DNA from: a virus
Taxonomy: Duplodnaviria; Caudoviricetes
Virus record (IMG/VR): IMGVR_UViG_3300029818_000001
Location: 1-64,000 of that record
Strand: one strand, 5' to 3'
DNA: 64,000 nt
In this document: positions 16,848 to 27,225 of the stretch, in pieces
Position numbering within the stretch: position 1 is the first letter of the stretch
Layout: each line of letters opens with the position of its first letter
Translations under genes and position numbers: made by a program
Notes under the pieces: model-generated
What the model saw: the letters and a program-made list of their open reading frames with translations, nothing else
What the model was told of the DNA's origin: nothing
The model's database searches: none

Positions 16848-17777
16848 ATGGCATTACTCATTGATGAGGCTAAGAAGTTAAGTAACAACCAATTGGAAAT
16901 CGGCGTCGTTGAAGAAATCATCGACAAAGAAGACCTCTTTTCCATTCTGCCGTTTATGTCGATCAACGGCAAGGCGTATGTCTACAACCGCGAAAACGCG
17001 CTGTCTGAAGGCGACTTTCTCGATCCAAGCGAAACCGTGAACGAAGGCGCGGCAACCTTCACTGAAGTTGTTGCCAAATTGCGCATTCTGATCGGCGACG
17101 TGGATGTCGATAAATTCATGCAAGGCACTTTGAGCGATCACAACAACCAAAAAGCGATTCAAATCGCTCAAAAGGCAAAGGGTCTCGCTCGTAAATTCAA
17201 ACGCACTTTGGTTATTGGTAATGCAACCAGTTCGCCAAAAGAGTTTGACGGCTTGGGTGAAATTGCCAAAGCCATCACTGTTGGCGACGCAAGCAGAACA
17301 GTTGCGGCAGCCACCAATGGTGCGGCTTTGAATCTGTCCATGCTGGATCGACTGTTGGATGCCGTGCCAAACGGCGCCGATGCGTTGTTTATGCCTTCTC
17401 CAGTCGTTCGTGCCTTCCGTGCGCTAATGAGAACTACTGGCGGCGGCACCTCTGCGGCTGAAATCATGATGCCAGCCTTCGGCCGTCCTATGTTGACGCA
17501 TAACGGTGTGCCTATTCTGGTGAATGACTTCATTCCGCTGAATGAAACTCAGGGCACCGCGGATGGCGTAACCACTTCCGTTTATGCCTTGCGCTTAAAC
17601 GAATATGACGGCTTACACGGTCTGTATGGTGGCGGCACGGCGGGTATCGTTGTTGAAGACATTGGAACCGTTCAGGATAAGGACAGCACAAGAACGAGAT
17701 TGAAGTGGTATTGCGGTTTAGCCTTGAAATCGACAAAATCGATGGCAAGACTGAAAGGCTTGACGAATATCGTTTAA
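16848..17777 (+). CDS. Major capsid protein (HK97-fold type)
   Basis: 309 aa; KAYVYNRE, PKEFDGL, RTRLKWYCGLAL; strong SD; terminator follows. Confidence 0.88.
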   Translation: MALLIDEAKKLSNNQLEIGVVEEIIDKEDLFSILPFMSINGKAYVYNRENALSEGDFLDPSETVNEGAATFTEVVAKLRILIGDVDVDKFMQGTLSDHNNQKAIQIAQKAKGLARKFKRTLVIGNATSSPKEFDGLGEIAKAITVGDASRTVAAATNGAALNLSMLDRLLDAVPNGADALFMPSPVVRAFRALMRTTGGGTSAAEIMMPAFGRPMLTHNGVPILVNDFIPLNETQGTADGVTTSVYALRLNEYDGLHGLYGGGTAGIVVEDIGTVQDKDSTRTRLKWYCGLALKSTKSMARLKGLTNIV

Positions 17778-17799
17778 AGTCAGCGGTTTATGATTTTAG

Positions 17800-17825
17800 G
17801 AAGGGGCGCAAGCCCCTTCTTTTTT
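17800..17825 (+). terminator. Rho-independent terminator
   Basis: GAAGGGGC-GCAA-GCCCCTTC plus T-tract. Confidence 0.9.
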
Positions 17826-17882
17826 GTCTGCGAATTGTGGGCTAAAAAACTGATTTACAAGGAATTTATTTTTGTGTTAGAG

Positions 17883-17900
17883 TAAGTCACCTATAACTTA
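17883..17900. promoter_or_regulatory. Operator-like copy TAAGTCA-CCTA-TAACTTA
   Basis: 14 bp upstream of next start codon. Confidence 0.7.
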
Positions 17901-17914
17901 TTTATGGAAGAGTA

Positions 17915-18307
17915 ATGCCGCGCTTAATTATTAAACAACCTGGCATGGAGACCTACACCGGCTTTATGTCGGATGTCGAGTTCATTGATGGTATCAGCAT
18001 CGAAGATGTGACTAAGTTGCAAGCGCAGCGCATCGCAGGTGCGATCGCTGTCGAGATGGAGGATGGCGCTGACCCCAGTGCTGCATCTGAATTGCTACGG
18101 TTAAAAGCAGATCAAGCTCAGCCTGAGTTCAAGGAGCCTGAAGCTGTCGCCCCAGTCAAGCCTAATTATGATTTTACCGAAGAGTCTCTTATGGCGATTG
18201 CCGACAAGGATGGCATTATCGGTCTGCGTGAGTTCGCCAAGTCTTATGGCATCAAAAGCAACTCCATTATGGGCTTGATCGACGCTCTGTTGGCGCTCAA
18301 GGCTTAA
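17915..18307 (+). CDS. Hypothetical virion-morphogenesis protein
   Basis: Position after capsid gene; C-terminal small helical domain. Confidence 0.65.
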   Translation: MPRLIIKQPGMETYTGFMSDVEFIDGISIEDVTKLQAQRIAGAIAVEMEDGADPSAASELLRLKADQAQPEFKEPEAVAPVKPNYDFTEESLMAIADKDGIIGLREFAKSYGIKSNSIMGLIDALLALKA

Positions 18308-18311
18308 TTGA

Positions 18312-19067
18312 GTGGATATCTACCGCAATAACCAATCTGTCGCACTGACGGTCGAAATTGACGGGCCTGCTCTGTCGGCTACTTATCGCGTTTTCGACCA
18401 AAATGATCAGGTTATTATCGACACCATAGAGGTTGCCGGATTTATCCAGAATAGCGTTGCTGTCGATATCATCGTCGACGCTGCGTTTAATCAGCTAGCC
18501 GAAGGTGAGGTTAGAGCCATGCGTCGCGTTGAGATTACGCCTTATGACGTAAATGGTGCGCTTAAAACCTCTACAGTCGAATACATTATCGAGGCTTTGC
18601 CGACATCGATCATAGGTGTCAACTCTTATCAGACGCTTAGTCAGGCTAAGTTGACCGCTATGGATATGCCTCATTTGGATATCTGGAACACAGCAGACGA
18701 CAGAATGATTGTGTCGGCCATGACCGAGGCACACTTTCGATTGGGTCAGTTTGCTTATCGAATGGAAGACGATCGCGGTCTTGATATCGTGGTTGAGAAC
18801 ATCCGAAGCTTAACGATTAATGACTTGCTTTTGTTGCCATCAGCCTTTTTGATCGCCTTACGCAAGGCGCAAATATCCGAAGCCGACATTGTGATGGGCG
18901 GTGGCTCAGTTCATCGCAAGCGTGAGGATGGTCTAATGAGTGACACCGTTGGTGAGTCCAAGATTATGTTTAGACCTGGTAAGCCAGTTGTGTTGCCTGT
19001 GGATCGCCGCACCTTGAGCTACCTGAGCGGCTACATTTATCACGGATTGTCGCTAACCAGAACATGA
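18312..19067 (+). CDS. Putative head-tail adaptor
   Basis: NSYQTLSQA, LRKAQ..EAD, SDTVGESK motifs resemble head-tail connectors. Confidence 0.6.
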   Translation: MDIYRNNQSVALTVEIDGPALSATYRVFDQNDQVIIDTIEVAGFIQNSVAVDIIVDAAFNQLAEGEVRAMRRVEITPYDVNGALKTSTVEYIIEALPTSIIGVNSYQTLSQAKLTAMDMPHLDIWNTADDRMIVSAMTEAHFRLGQFAYRMEDDRGLDIVVENIRSLTINDLLLLPSAFLIALRKAQISEADIVMGGGSVHRKREDGLMSDTVGESKIMFRPGKPVVLPVDRRTLSYLSGYIYHGLSLTRT

Positions 19068-19822
19068 TTGATCTGATTGATCGCACCTCGCTTAATGCGG
19101 CCACTCATTATGCCGACTTCATTCGGTCGCTGCGTGGTGAGTTATCGCGCATTATGAGTTTACCCAACCCTGGCTCGCCGTCTGCCCGTCGTCAATTTAC
19201 TGCCGGTGGTCATCACTTGATCGAGAGTCATCTGGAGAGTATTTCGAGACTGCTGGATCAGGGCTTCGGCGAGATATGGGCGGGCGCACTTGGAAATGCT
19301 TTGACCGGCGAGGAAGCGAATGAAGATTTAAGGGGCTTGAGAGATAGTCTAGTCTCCGTTGTCGATGGAGGGCCGAATGATCACCTGCTGGCGGCGATAC
19401 GGTCCTTCATGAGTAGAGATGTCGAATATGGCGCACAACAACTGAAGCGATTGGCTTTCGACATTGTGACCATGATGTCTGATACGTCGCTCAATAATGC
19501 CATTCGCGGGGCGGTGGTGAAAAGCATCGTGGGGCGTCACAACTACACTCACAAAAATAACAAGGAATGGCCGACAATTCGAAAGACCCGTCTGTCAATT
19601 CGGCATCATTTGCTTAAAACGCACAATGAGATAGTCATATTGGTCGGCACCTCTAAGGGAGAGCGTCAGTTTGTTGTTAAGAATGAATCTCAAGAACACC
19701 GCAATCATGGCATGGAGTTTACGATCGATAGAGACGGCGACTTACCCTGGTATCACGATATCGAAGCCACGGTATTTCATCCGAACTCCCGATCGCTAGT
19801 GTCCAGAAAGGTAAGTAAATGA
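19064..19822 (+). CDS. Putative minor head morphogenesis protein
   Basis: C-terminal FHPNSRS resembles the HPNCR motif of minor capsid proteins. Confidence 0.5.
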   Translation: MIDLIDRTSLNAATHYADFIRSLRGELSRIMSLPNPGSPSARRQFTAGGHHLIESHLESISRLLDQGFGEIWAGALGNALTGEEANEDLRGLRDSLVSVVDGGPNDHLLAAIRSFMSRDVEYGAQQLKRLAFDIVTMMSDTSLNNAIRGAVVKSIVGRHNYTHKNNKEWPTIRKTRLSIRHHLLKTHNEIVILVGTSKGERQFVVKNESQEHRNHGMEFTIDRDGDLPWYHDIEATVFHPNSRSLVSRKVSK

Positions 19823-19847
19823 TGACTGATATTTCACGGATGCGATT

Positions 19848-20195
19848 ATGATTTTTCCAAACGTCCCCTGTCGGATTTTTCAGCTATTGGGTGACAAAGA
19901 CGAATACGGCGAGAGTCAATACGCGCGACCAACGCCAGCGCATTGCTCGGTAGTCAAGCTAAGTAATAGCTCTAAATCCACCAGCGTTAGAGCGGATAGC
20001 TCGGCCTCGCGGGGCAGCGCTAAGGAGGTATTGGCTGACGCGCGGCTGCTGTTTAGCGTCAATACGCAGATCAAAATTGGCGATCGTCTGGAGATATACG
20101 GCTTTAAGCTGGAGGTGTCTAGCGTTCGTGCGCATTTTCAGGTCTTTCAGAACAAGATAGATCATTGGCAAGTGGACTTAAACGCATGGGCGTAA
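19848..20195 (+). CDS. Putative head-closure protein
   Basis: 115 aa beta-rich; D.YGE...., IKIGDRL; synteny. Confidence 0.6.
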   Translation: MIFPNVPCRIFQLLGDKDEYGESQYARPTPAHCSVVKLSNSSKSTSVRADSSASRGSAKEVLADARLLFSVNTQIKIGDRLEIYGFKLEVSSVRAHFQVFQNKIDHWQVDLNAWA

Positions 20196-20635
20196 ATATT
20201 ACCGGTCGCGGTCTGGATGTGCTTTTAAAGAATGAATTGAAAAGGTCTAGCGAGGGTGCCCGCGATGCTCTTAAGCGTGGCGCTGAAAAAGTCGCTAATC
20301 GAGCCAAAGAATATGTGCCAGTTGATGAGTATAACCTGGAGAGTGCAATCGAGGTTAAAGACCCAGAGAGAGACTTGCAAAGGAGTGGGCGCTACATTTT
20401 TATAGTTGGCGTTAAAGATGGTAGCCCGGTGCCTTCCAGACCCGGCGTGACCGTGGGCGATTACGCTTATTGGATTCATGACGCCACATACAATCTTGGT
20501 CCGAGATCAGAACAGAAAGCGCAAGAGACGGGTAAAAAGGTTGGGCCTAAATATCTCGAACGCGCTTGGCTTGAGTTAGAGAGTGAGATTGAGAGAGATG
20601 TTATGGATAACGCACATAAAAGGATTGGGAAATGA
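20186..20635 (+). CDS. Tail completion protein (HK97 gp10-like)
   Basis: AKEYVPVDEYNLESAI, GPKYLERA motifs. Confidence 0.65.
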   Translation: MGVNITGRGLDVLLKNELKRSSEGARDALKRGAEKVANRAKEYVPVDEYNLESAIEVKDPERDLQRSGRYIFIVGVKDGSPVPSRPGVTVGDYAYWIHDATYNLGPRSEQKAQETGKKVGPKYLERAWLELESEIERDVMDNAHKRIGK

Positions 20636-21006
20636 ATTTAGAGCCTTTCTATCAATTGGTTAAGACGGCTCTGCCGCAAGAGAGAGGTCTCTATAAGGCT
20701 CACATGCCAAATAATGTTAAGCGAGGCATTCTAATTCTGCATCAATTGAGCGGCGCAACTATCGACCCCAATTTGCCTAATTACCGTAAAACACGCTTTC
20801 AGGCGATCATCAGAGAGACCAGCTTCCAAAGCGGCTATGACTTGGCAAAGCAAGTTTCAGCCGCTTTGGAAGTGGCTAGAGTGACTGTTGGAACAGTCTA
20901 TATTCACTTCGTTAGACCGCTGCATGATCCTGTGGGTTTTCCACGAGCAGACAGTGGGTTCATCGAGTTTTCCGTCAATTTTGAGACGGCTTATGTTGAC
21001 CATTAA
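20632..21006 (+). CDS. Putative tail terminator
   Basis: Synteny before tail tube; RFQAIIR, EFSVNF. Confidence 0.6.
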   Translation: MNLEPFYQLVKTALPQERGLYKAHMPNNVKRGILILHQLSGATIDPNLPNYRKTRFQAIIRETSFQSGYDLAKQVSAALEVARVTVGTVYIHFVRPLHDPVGFPRADSGFIEFSVNFETAYVDH

Positions 21007-21020
21007 GGAGATTTTTTTAC

Positions 21021-21548
21021 ATGGCAAGTAGCACAGAGAATGTAAAGCTTGGCGTTTGCAAGATTACTTACAAAGGCCAGGACTTAGGATACACAAAGGG
21101 TGGCGTAAGTGTCGACGTAACGACCGACACTTATGCTGTTACGGTCGATCAGTTTGGCGAGTCCGTCATTAACGAATACATCACTAAGCGCGACATCAAA
21201 GTGGAGTGTCCACTGGCAGAAACCACGTTGGAAAACTTGGTTAATATTATGCCTGGCGCCTCGCTGGTAACGGATGACGTCGACTCAACCAAAAAGCGCG
21301 TGGATGTTACCAACGGCATCGGCACCAACTTATTGTCCATTGCTGGCGAGCTTCGCTTGCACCCAATTGAGTTGGACGATGCGGATCAGTCGGAAGACTT
21401 GGTAATCCCATTGGCTGCAACAGCCGGTGCGATGAAGTTCAGTTACAAGCATGACGAGGAGCGTGTGTTTAACACCTCTTTCATGGGCTACCCTGACTCT
21501 GCGACCAACATTCTGTATTCGTTGGGCGACACGACCGCAGAGGCTTAA
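21021..21548 (+). CDS. Major tail tube protein
   Basis: NVKLGVCKITY..DLGYTKGGV motif; acidic; hairpin follows. Confidence 0.8.
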   Translation: MASSTENVKLGVCKITYKGQDLGYTKGGVSVDVTTDTYAVTVDQFGESVINEYITKRDIKVECPLAETTLENLVNIMPGASLVTDDVDSTKKRVDVTNGIGTNLLSIAGELRLHPIELDDADQSEDLVIPLAATAGAMKFSYKHDEERVFNTSFMGYPDSATNILYSLGDTTAEA

Positions 21549-21551
21549 TTG

Positions 21552-21569
21552 TAAGTCATTCGTGACTTT
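21552..21569. promoter_or_regulatory. Operator-like copy TAAGTCA-TTCG-TGACTTT
   Basis: Directly after tail tube stop. Confidence 0.75.
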
Positions 21570-21584
21570 GTAAATATCAACGTA

Positions 21585-21613
21585 AAGCCCCTTGAATTAA
21601 AGGGGCTTGTTTT
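21585..21613 (+). terminator. Terminator-like hairpin
   Basis: AAGCCCCTT-GAATTA-AAGGGGCTT, short T run. Confidence 0.55.
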
Positions 21614-21624
21614 GGAGAGTGAAG

Positions 21625-21993
21625 GTGGCAAAGATTTTAAACCTAGATGGTTTGAGCGAAGAAAAAGAAGTAAAGCTAATTATCGATGGGAACTCTCATC
21701 CGCTGAAAAAAATCAGCGTGGCAGACTTCATCAAGCTGGTTAAGCGTCAGGAAGAGATGGAAAAGCGCGAAACTGAGTTTGAAAAGAGAGGCGAGCATTT
21801 GCCTATTTACGAAAAGATCGAGTTTATGGCGGAGTCGGCAGCGGTCAGCTTCCCAACCATCGGCATCGATCGACTCAAAGAATTAACGATTGATGAGTTA
21901 TACACCATCGTCGACTTTGCAAGAGAGGCCTCGATGCCGGACGCCGAAGAGACCGATGATGAAAAAAAGAGTCAGGCCCGAGAGAGCGCATAA
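21625..21993 (+). CDS. Tail assembly chaperone (G-like)
   Basis: Between tube and tape measure; slippery A AAA AAG at 21963-21969. Confidence 0.75.
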   Translation: MAKILNLDGLSEEKEVKLIIDGNSHPLKKISVADFIKLVKRQEEMEKRETEFEKRGEHLPIYEKIEFMAESAAVSFPTIGIDRLKELTIDELYTIVDFAREASMPDAEETDDEKKSQARESA

Positions 21994-22286
21994 TATCTCT
22001 CGACTTTGGTTTTCTATTTTGCCGCGTGTCGGCCTACTATGGGCTATCCGATGACTCTTTATTGAGTATGCCAATCAAGCGGTTTTGGCTATTTAGCGAG
22101 TGCATTGACCGCCTTCAGGCTTCCGATGACTTGCGAGCCATTAGAGTAGTCTCGGCGACAAGCAGCAAAGAGGCGTCTGACTCAACTATACCAAAACTTG
22201 TCGAATCGGTCGGCACGGTTGTTATAAAGGATTATGCTCGCGACCCAAGAGCAACAGAGCGTCTACGGGCGATGATGAAAAGGTAA
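21966..22286 (+). CDS. Tail assembly chaperone extension (T-like), reached by -1 frameshift
   Basis: -1 frame is stop-free from slippery site (KESGPRERIISLDFGFLFCRVSAYYG...) to 22286. Confidence 0.75.
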   Translation, partial: KESGPRERIISLDFGFLFCRVSAYYGLSDDSLLSMPIKRFWLFSECIDRLQASDDLRAIRVVSATSSKEASDSTIPKLVESVGTVVIKDYARDPRATERLRAMMKR

Positions 22287-22306
22287 ATGGAACGCAAGAG
22301 GCAAGG

Positions 22307-25300
22307 ATGAGCTTAGGTAAAATATCGATAGAGTTAGAGCTGAAGGATGGCAAGTTTGAGGCGAGAGCGATAAAAGCTGGCGCCGCCATCCGAGGGATGG
22401 AGACGGATTTCGCTCAACTCGACAGACGGGTCAAGGGCGTTGAGAGAACTATTGGCGGTTTTTTACCTAAGATTCGCGATTTGTCGATTGTAACGGCGGC
22501 AACTCATTCGATCATACATACCATTAATGGGACGATGATCGCTTGGACAAGTAGCGTCATTAATGCGAATGCTGAAATTGAGCGCATGAGCGCGCTCCTT
22601 CAGGGCTTGAGTTCCAGTCTGACCACCGATGGGCACATTAAAGAGGTCGCTGACGATATGGGCTATCTATTCGACATGGCTCAGAAGGCGCCCTTCTCGA
22701 TAAAAGAGTTATCCAATTCTTTTGTGAAGATGAAGTCGGCTGGTCTTGAGGATGTCGATAAGAAGCTGGTGTCGATCACCAACGCCATCGCCCGGTTTGG
22801 CGGCAATGACGAAATTCTTCATAGAGCCACCATTGCGATTCAACAAATGGCGTCAAAAGGCGTCATATCGATGGAAGAGTTGCGTCAGCAGTTGGGCGAG
22901 GCCGTTCCTAACGCCATGAATCTCATGGCTGACGGTCTTGGCATGCCCATGCAAAAAATGGTCGATCTGATTTCTCAGGGTCGAGTTAAAGCGGTCCCCG
23001 CTATCGACGCCATGATGGAGGAAATGGATCGAACCATGAGCGGTGCCGCCGTGCGCATGATGGATACTTGGAACGGCATGATGTCGCAGTTCTCAACCAA
23101 GTGGGCGCTGTTGCAAAAGCAGATCGGTGACGCAGGCTTTTTCGGCGCAGCTAAAGAAGGTATGGGTGAGGTTTTAAACTTCATGGATAGCGATAGCGCG
23201 CTAATAGCCATGAAGGCGGTTGGCGACGCCATGCGCGATGTCATCGAGGCCACCAAGCAAGCTGTTGTCTTTTTTAAGGAATATGGCGATATCATTCTGA
23301 CGGTCGCGAAGGCGCTTGGGACTTTCTATACCACAGCTAAGATCGCCAGCTTTGGCGTAGCTGTGCTTAATCCAAAAAATATTAAAGCTGCCGCTGACGC
23401 CTTTAAAGGGTGGGGCGCCGCGATCTTGGAAGCAAGTGCGGCATCTCGAACGGTGATTACGCCCACCAAGCACATGATGGGGATCGTTTTAGAGACTGCG
23501 ACCTCAGTTCAGAAGGTTACACTAGGCACTCGCGCTTGGGGCGCAGCATTGGCTGCATTGGGTGGGCACGTTGGTGTTGCTATTGCCGGATTGACAGCTC
23601 TTTATTACGGCTACGAGGCGCTTAAGCCGAAGATTAATGAGTCGCTAGAGGCTGTCAAGAAATACGGTCGAGAGTTGGACGATATGGGCAAAATAAAGCC
23701 CAAGTTGTTCGATAAGAAAAGTATTGATGAGGCTGCTAGTGGGTTGAGATTTCTGAGAGAGGAATCTGAGAGAACCAAGGCTAAGCTCAAGCAGATGGAG
23801 GCTGATAATATTCGGCTCCATCCAATCGCAAGAGGTCCAAATTTCGATAAAGATTTGGGGGAAGCGCGTCAGAGAATGGCCGATATAACCGAGGAGATTA
23901 AAAACGCTCAGGTCAATATCGAAGACAGTATGAGCGCTCTGATCGACAGGGGAGTAAGGCGTCGCATCTCTATTATGGAGAATGAGCGAGATGAGTCGAT
24001 CGATATTTTCGGTCAGACCTACAAGCAGAAGGTTGATTTCGCTCGCAAAGAGCGCGAAGCGATTATTTCGGCAGGTGGCGATATAGAAAAGGCTGAAGCC
24101 GAATTTAACGAAACCAAGAGGAAGGCGGCTGAGGAGCTATATGTTTCGCGCACCGATGCTCTGAAAAAATATGTGTCTCAGTATGAGGCGCAAATGACTC
24201 AATTGGTTAATAAGAGCCAAGATATCGCGGTTTTAAGTGATGTCGATGTCAAGATAAAAATCAACGAAGAGTCTCTGGCGAATTTACAGCAGGATTATCT
24301 TAATTTGAAGGTTGCTATTGAAAACGCAACCACTCCAGACAGAAAGAGAGAGCTGGAGAATCAATTAAAAGATATTACCAAAGAGATAAAGGGCGCCTCA
24401 TCAGCTCTCGATAATTTAAAAAGACTACGCGATGGAATTCTAGGGAATCCAATAAGCGAAGATGACATTATAGCGTATAACTCAATCATGAGATCGATAT
24501 CCGACGTTAATGGTAAGTTGACGGACATGGATGGCATTCTTGACAAATTGAGAAGCGGCGAGCCTATAAATGTCGATGCCATAATCGATACTAACGTCGG
24601 CAAGCAAGCTACGGAGGCTATGGCTCAAGCTCGAAACGCCTATATAAAGGAAAGCAAGGCTCTTCTCAACAAGAAGAGAGAGGTTGCTGTGCTCATGAAA
24701 GAGCCTGATGGCTCCGCCTCTGGAAAGCATGCCGCAAGCCTAGAGGCGCAATTTAAAATTCAAGAGGATGCGCAGAAGAAGCATAATGAGCTAACTCTTG
24801 AACAGCTACAAAAGGTTGACCTTGCGATAGCGGATAGTGTCGATAGCTGGGACGGCATGGGGAAAAAGCTTACAGAGATTTACGCGCTTAATCGCAGAAT
24901 AGCCGAGGAAGAGTTTAGAGCGAGAAAGGCTCTAAACCCTAGAGAGGCTAAGGAAATTGATAATTCGGACGCGATAAGAGAGAGTGAGCGCCTTCAATCG
25001 AAGCTGAACAGTTTAAGAGATGAGGCGGAAAGAGTCTCTGCCACGCCAAGTGTCGAAAACACAGATGCGCTGATGGCCATTAGAGAGAAGGTCAAGGAAA
25101 CAGAAAAAGAACTTCAAATAAATGACCAGCTTATCGCCAAGATAGATGAGGCAAATGACGCCTATCGAAGAAGCGCCAATGTAAAAGCTGATGTGGCTGA
25201 TAAGAAAAAGGCTGAAGCGGCAGCTGAAAGAGACCGCATTGGGAGAGAAAAGCTTTCCGAGCAAGAGATGAGACAGGCCGAGCGCCGCGAAAAATGGCTG

Positions 25301-26851
25301 GCCGATCAAAAAATTAGCATACTCGATGAAACAAAGCGTCTGACTCGTGAGAATCTTGAAGATGGCACGGAGGCATATCGCCAGGCCACTGACGATCGCA
25401 TCGAGCATTTCAGAAGACAGGCTATAGCGCAAGCGGAGCTTACCGGGCTTGGCAGGAAGGGCAAGGAGAAGGAGTTTGAGAGCTTCGTTGATCGCGCTAC
25501 TGCCGAGCTTAAGGAGAAAGAAGCGAATCGCCGAATAGAGGAAGATAAGGCGCGACATAGCGAGATAATCAGAGGCTTGGATGACGAGATTTACAGCTCA
25601 CGTCTGGAGCTAATAGAGGACTCTTTCGATCGGGAAAGACAACTATTGGATCGACGCTTTGACCTGATGCGGAGAGATGCGGAGAGAGAGGTTGAGCTTG
25701 GCGAAAACAAAATCGAGAGACTGAATAAGATCGAAGAGTTGCGCCGGCTCGAAGTTCAAAAGCTGGCGCAGTCGCATCGCACCGAGTTTGGCAAAATGAT
25801 GAGTGAAACTCAGCGATTCGAAGACCTGATGTCTGACGTAGGTATGTCGTTTGTTGACGGGTGGACGGACGGCTTTGCGAGATTGGCCTTCGCCAGTGAG
25901 GCGAGCTTTAAGGATATGGCGACTGCCATCATCAAGCAAATCGGCATTTTAATCATCAAGTATTACGCTCTCGCCGTTGCCAAAATGATTGCCGGTGCGC
26001 TTGGCGCAGGTGCGGGAGCAGCAGCGGGCGGCGGCACAGTTAATGGGATTGTGCCACAGGCGTCTTCGAATATCGGCAGCGGCTTTGCGAGCAATATGTT
26101 TCCCAATGCAGATGGCGGCGTAATGCCAATCAGAAAGTTCGCCAAGGGCGGCGTGATGAATGAGAAGACCGCCAAATTGCTCTCTAAGGCGCCCGTCATG
26201 AGCAAGACTGATATGTTAGCTGGCGGCGTCAAAAACACACCACAGGTGGCCTTGTTTGCCGAGACGGATGTGCCAGAGGCTTTCATTCCGATGCCGAATG
26301 GCGCGATTCCTCTGTCGGTATCGCGCGGCAAAGATGGCAGCATTACCGGCTCGATTCCTTTGCCGAGCGGTCAGATTTTACCTACCAAGATTGTCGAGGA
26401 CAAAAGCGTTAAGGCTTTTGCAAAGGGCGGGGCCGTAGGGAGAGTTAGAGCGTCGAGCGTCGGTGGATTCGCCAGTGCGTCAACTATTGACTCTGGAGCC
26501 ATCGTCAGTCAATTGATTCGCGTCGAAGAGGCCATTAATCGACTTGGCAATGTAGCGATGTCCTCAATCCCAAGCTCAATCGTTGGGAGTGATATGACGC
26601 AAACTCAAAACATTAATGGTTCCATCAATCCGTCAGGAATGTCTCAGTTGGCGGGGTCCGTCTCGAACATCGCACCAGAGATAAACATTTCCGTGAATGT
26701 CGCCAGCGACGGCAGACGCGAAGAGGGCGACTCAGGTGGCAACGATCAAGCCGGCGCATGGACTAAGATGGCAAAGCAAATCGAAGGCGTAGTTGTCGGC
26801 GAGATCGTTAAGCAAAAGCGCCCTGGTGGATTGCTTTACCAAGGGCGCTAA
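22307..26851 (+). CDS. Tape measure protein (1514 aa)
   Basis: QMASKG..SMEELRQQLGEA tape-measure N-terminal motif; helical; C-terminal FAKGG motifs. Confidence 0.92.
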   Translation: MSLGKISIELELKDGKFEARAIKAGAAIRGMETDFAQLDRRVKGVERTIGGFLPKIRDLSIVTAATHSIIHTINGTMIAWTSSVINANAEIERMSALLQGLSSSLTTDGHIKEVADDMGYLFDMAQKAPFSIKELSNSFVKMKSAGLEDVDKKLVSITNAIARFGGNDEILHRATIAIQQMASKGVISMEELRQQLGEAVPNAMNLMADGLGMPMQKMVDLISQGRVKAVPAIDAMMEEMDRTMSGAAVRMMDTWNGMMSQFSTKWALLQKQIGDAGFFGAAKEGMGEVLNFMDSDSALIAMKAVGDAMRDVIEATKQAVVFFKEYGDIILTVAKALGTFYTTAKIASFGVAVLNPKNIKAAADAFKGWGAAILEASAASRTVITPTKHMMGIVLETATSVQKVTLGTRAWGAALAALGGHVGVAIAGLTALYYGYEALKPKINESLEAVKKYGRELDDMGKIKPKLFDKKSIDEAASGLRFLREESERTKAKLKQMEADNIRLHPIARGPNFDKDLGEARQRMADITEEIKNAQVNIEDSMSALIDRGVRRRISIMENERDESIDIFGQTYKQKVDFARKEREAIISAGGDIEKAEAEFNETKRKAAEELYVSRTDALKKYVSQYEAQMTQLVNKSQDIAVLSDVDVKIKINEESLANLQQDYLNLKVAIENATTPDRKRELENQLKDITKEIKGASSALDNLKRLRDGILGNPISEDDIIAYNSIMRSISDVNGKLTDMDGILDKLRSGEPINVDAIIDTNVGKQATEAMAQARNAYIKESKALLNKKREVAVLMKEPDGSASGKHAASLEAQFKIQEDAQKKHNELTLEQLQKVDLAIADSVDSWDGMGKKLTEIYALNRRIAEEEFRARKALNPREAKEIDNSDAIRESERLQSKLNSLRDEAERVSATPSVENTDALMAIREKVKETEKELQINDQLIAKIDEANDAYRRSANVKADVADKKKAEAAAERDRIGREKLSEQEMRQAERREKWLADQKISILDETKRLTRENLEDGTEAYRQATDDRIEHFRRQAIAQAELTGLGRKGKEKEFESFVDRATAELKEKEANRRIEEDKARHSEIIRGLDDEIYSSRLELIEDSFDRERQLLDRRFDLMRRDAEREVELGENKIERLNKIEELRRLEVQKLAQSHRTEFGKMMSETQRFEDLMSDVGMSFVDGWTDGFARLAFASEASFKDMATAIIKQIGILIIKYYALAVAKMIAGALGAGAGAAAGGGTVNGIVPQASSNIGSGFASNMFPNADGGVMPIRKFAKGGVMNEKTAKLLSKAPVMSKTDMLAGGVKNTPQVALFAETDVPEAFIPMPNGAIPLSVSRGKDGSITGSIPLPSGQILPTKIVEDKSVKAFAKGGAVGRVRASSVGGFASASTIDSGAIVSQLIRVEEAINRLGNVAMSSIPSSIVGSDMTQTQNINGSINPSGMSQLAGSVSNIAPEINISVNVASDGRREEGDSGGNDQAGAWTKMAKQIEGVVVGEIVKQKRPGGLLYQGR

Positions 26852-26867
26852 TTCCTCTACAATAAGA

Positions 26868-26885
26868 TAAGTCACAGGTGATATA
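26868..26885. promoter_or_regulatory. Operator-like copy TAAGTCA-CAGG-TGATATA
   Basis: Just upstream of minor tail gene. Confidence 0.6.
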
Positions 26886-26892
26886 CTAAGAT

Positions 26893-27225
26893 ATGGCTAA
26901 ACAAGTTTTTACATGGCTCCCGGATATTGATTGGGACCTGGATCATGAGCCAAGAGTTAGCTCAGTCGAGTTTGGCGAATACGAGCAACGTATTCGTCAT
27001 GGCATTAACAGCGATCCGCTCAAGTTCGACTTGACCTTTACCAGAAGCAAGTCGGAGATCGACGCGATTAATCAATTTCTCAAGACTCATGGCGGCGCCG
27101 ACAGCTTTCAGTGGACCACGCCACAGTCTTACGTTGGGCTATTCGTGGCGAGAAAGTGGCGAATTAGACCGCATGAAGAGTCTTTGCGCAGACTATCGGT
27201 GGTATTTGAGGAGGTGTATAGCTAG
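26893..27225 (+). CDS. Minor tail protein (lambda M-like)
   Basis: FTW.P, FG.YEQR...GIN, FL..HGG..SF.W. Confidence 0.85.
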   Translation: MAKQVFTWLPDIDWDLDHEPRVSSVEFGEYEQRIRHGINSDPLKFDLTFTRSKSEIDAINQFLKTHGGADSFQWTTPQSYVGLFVARKWRIRPHEESLRRLSVVFEEVYS

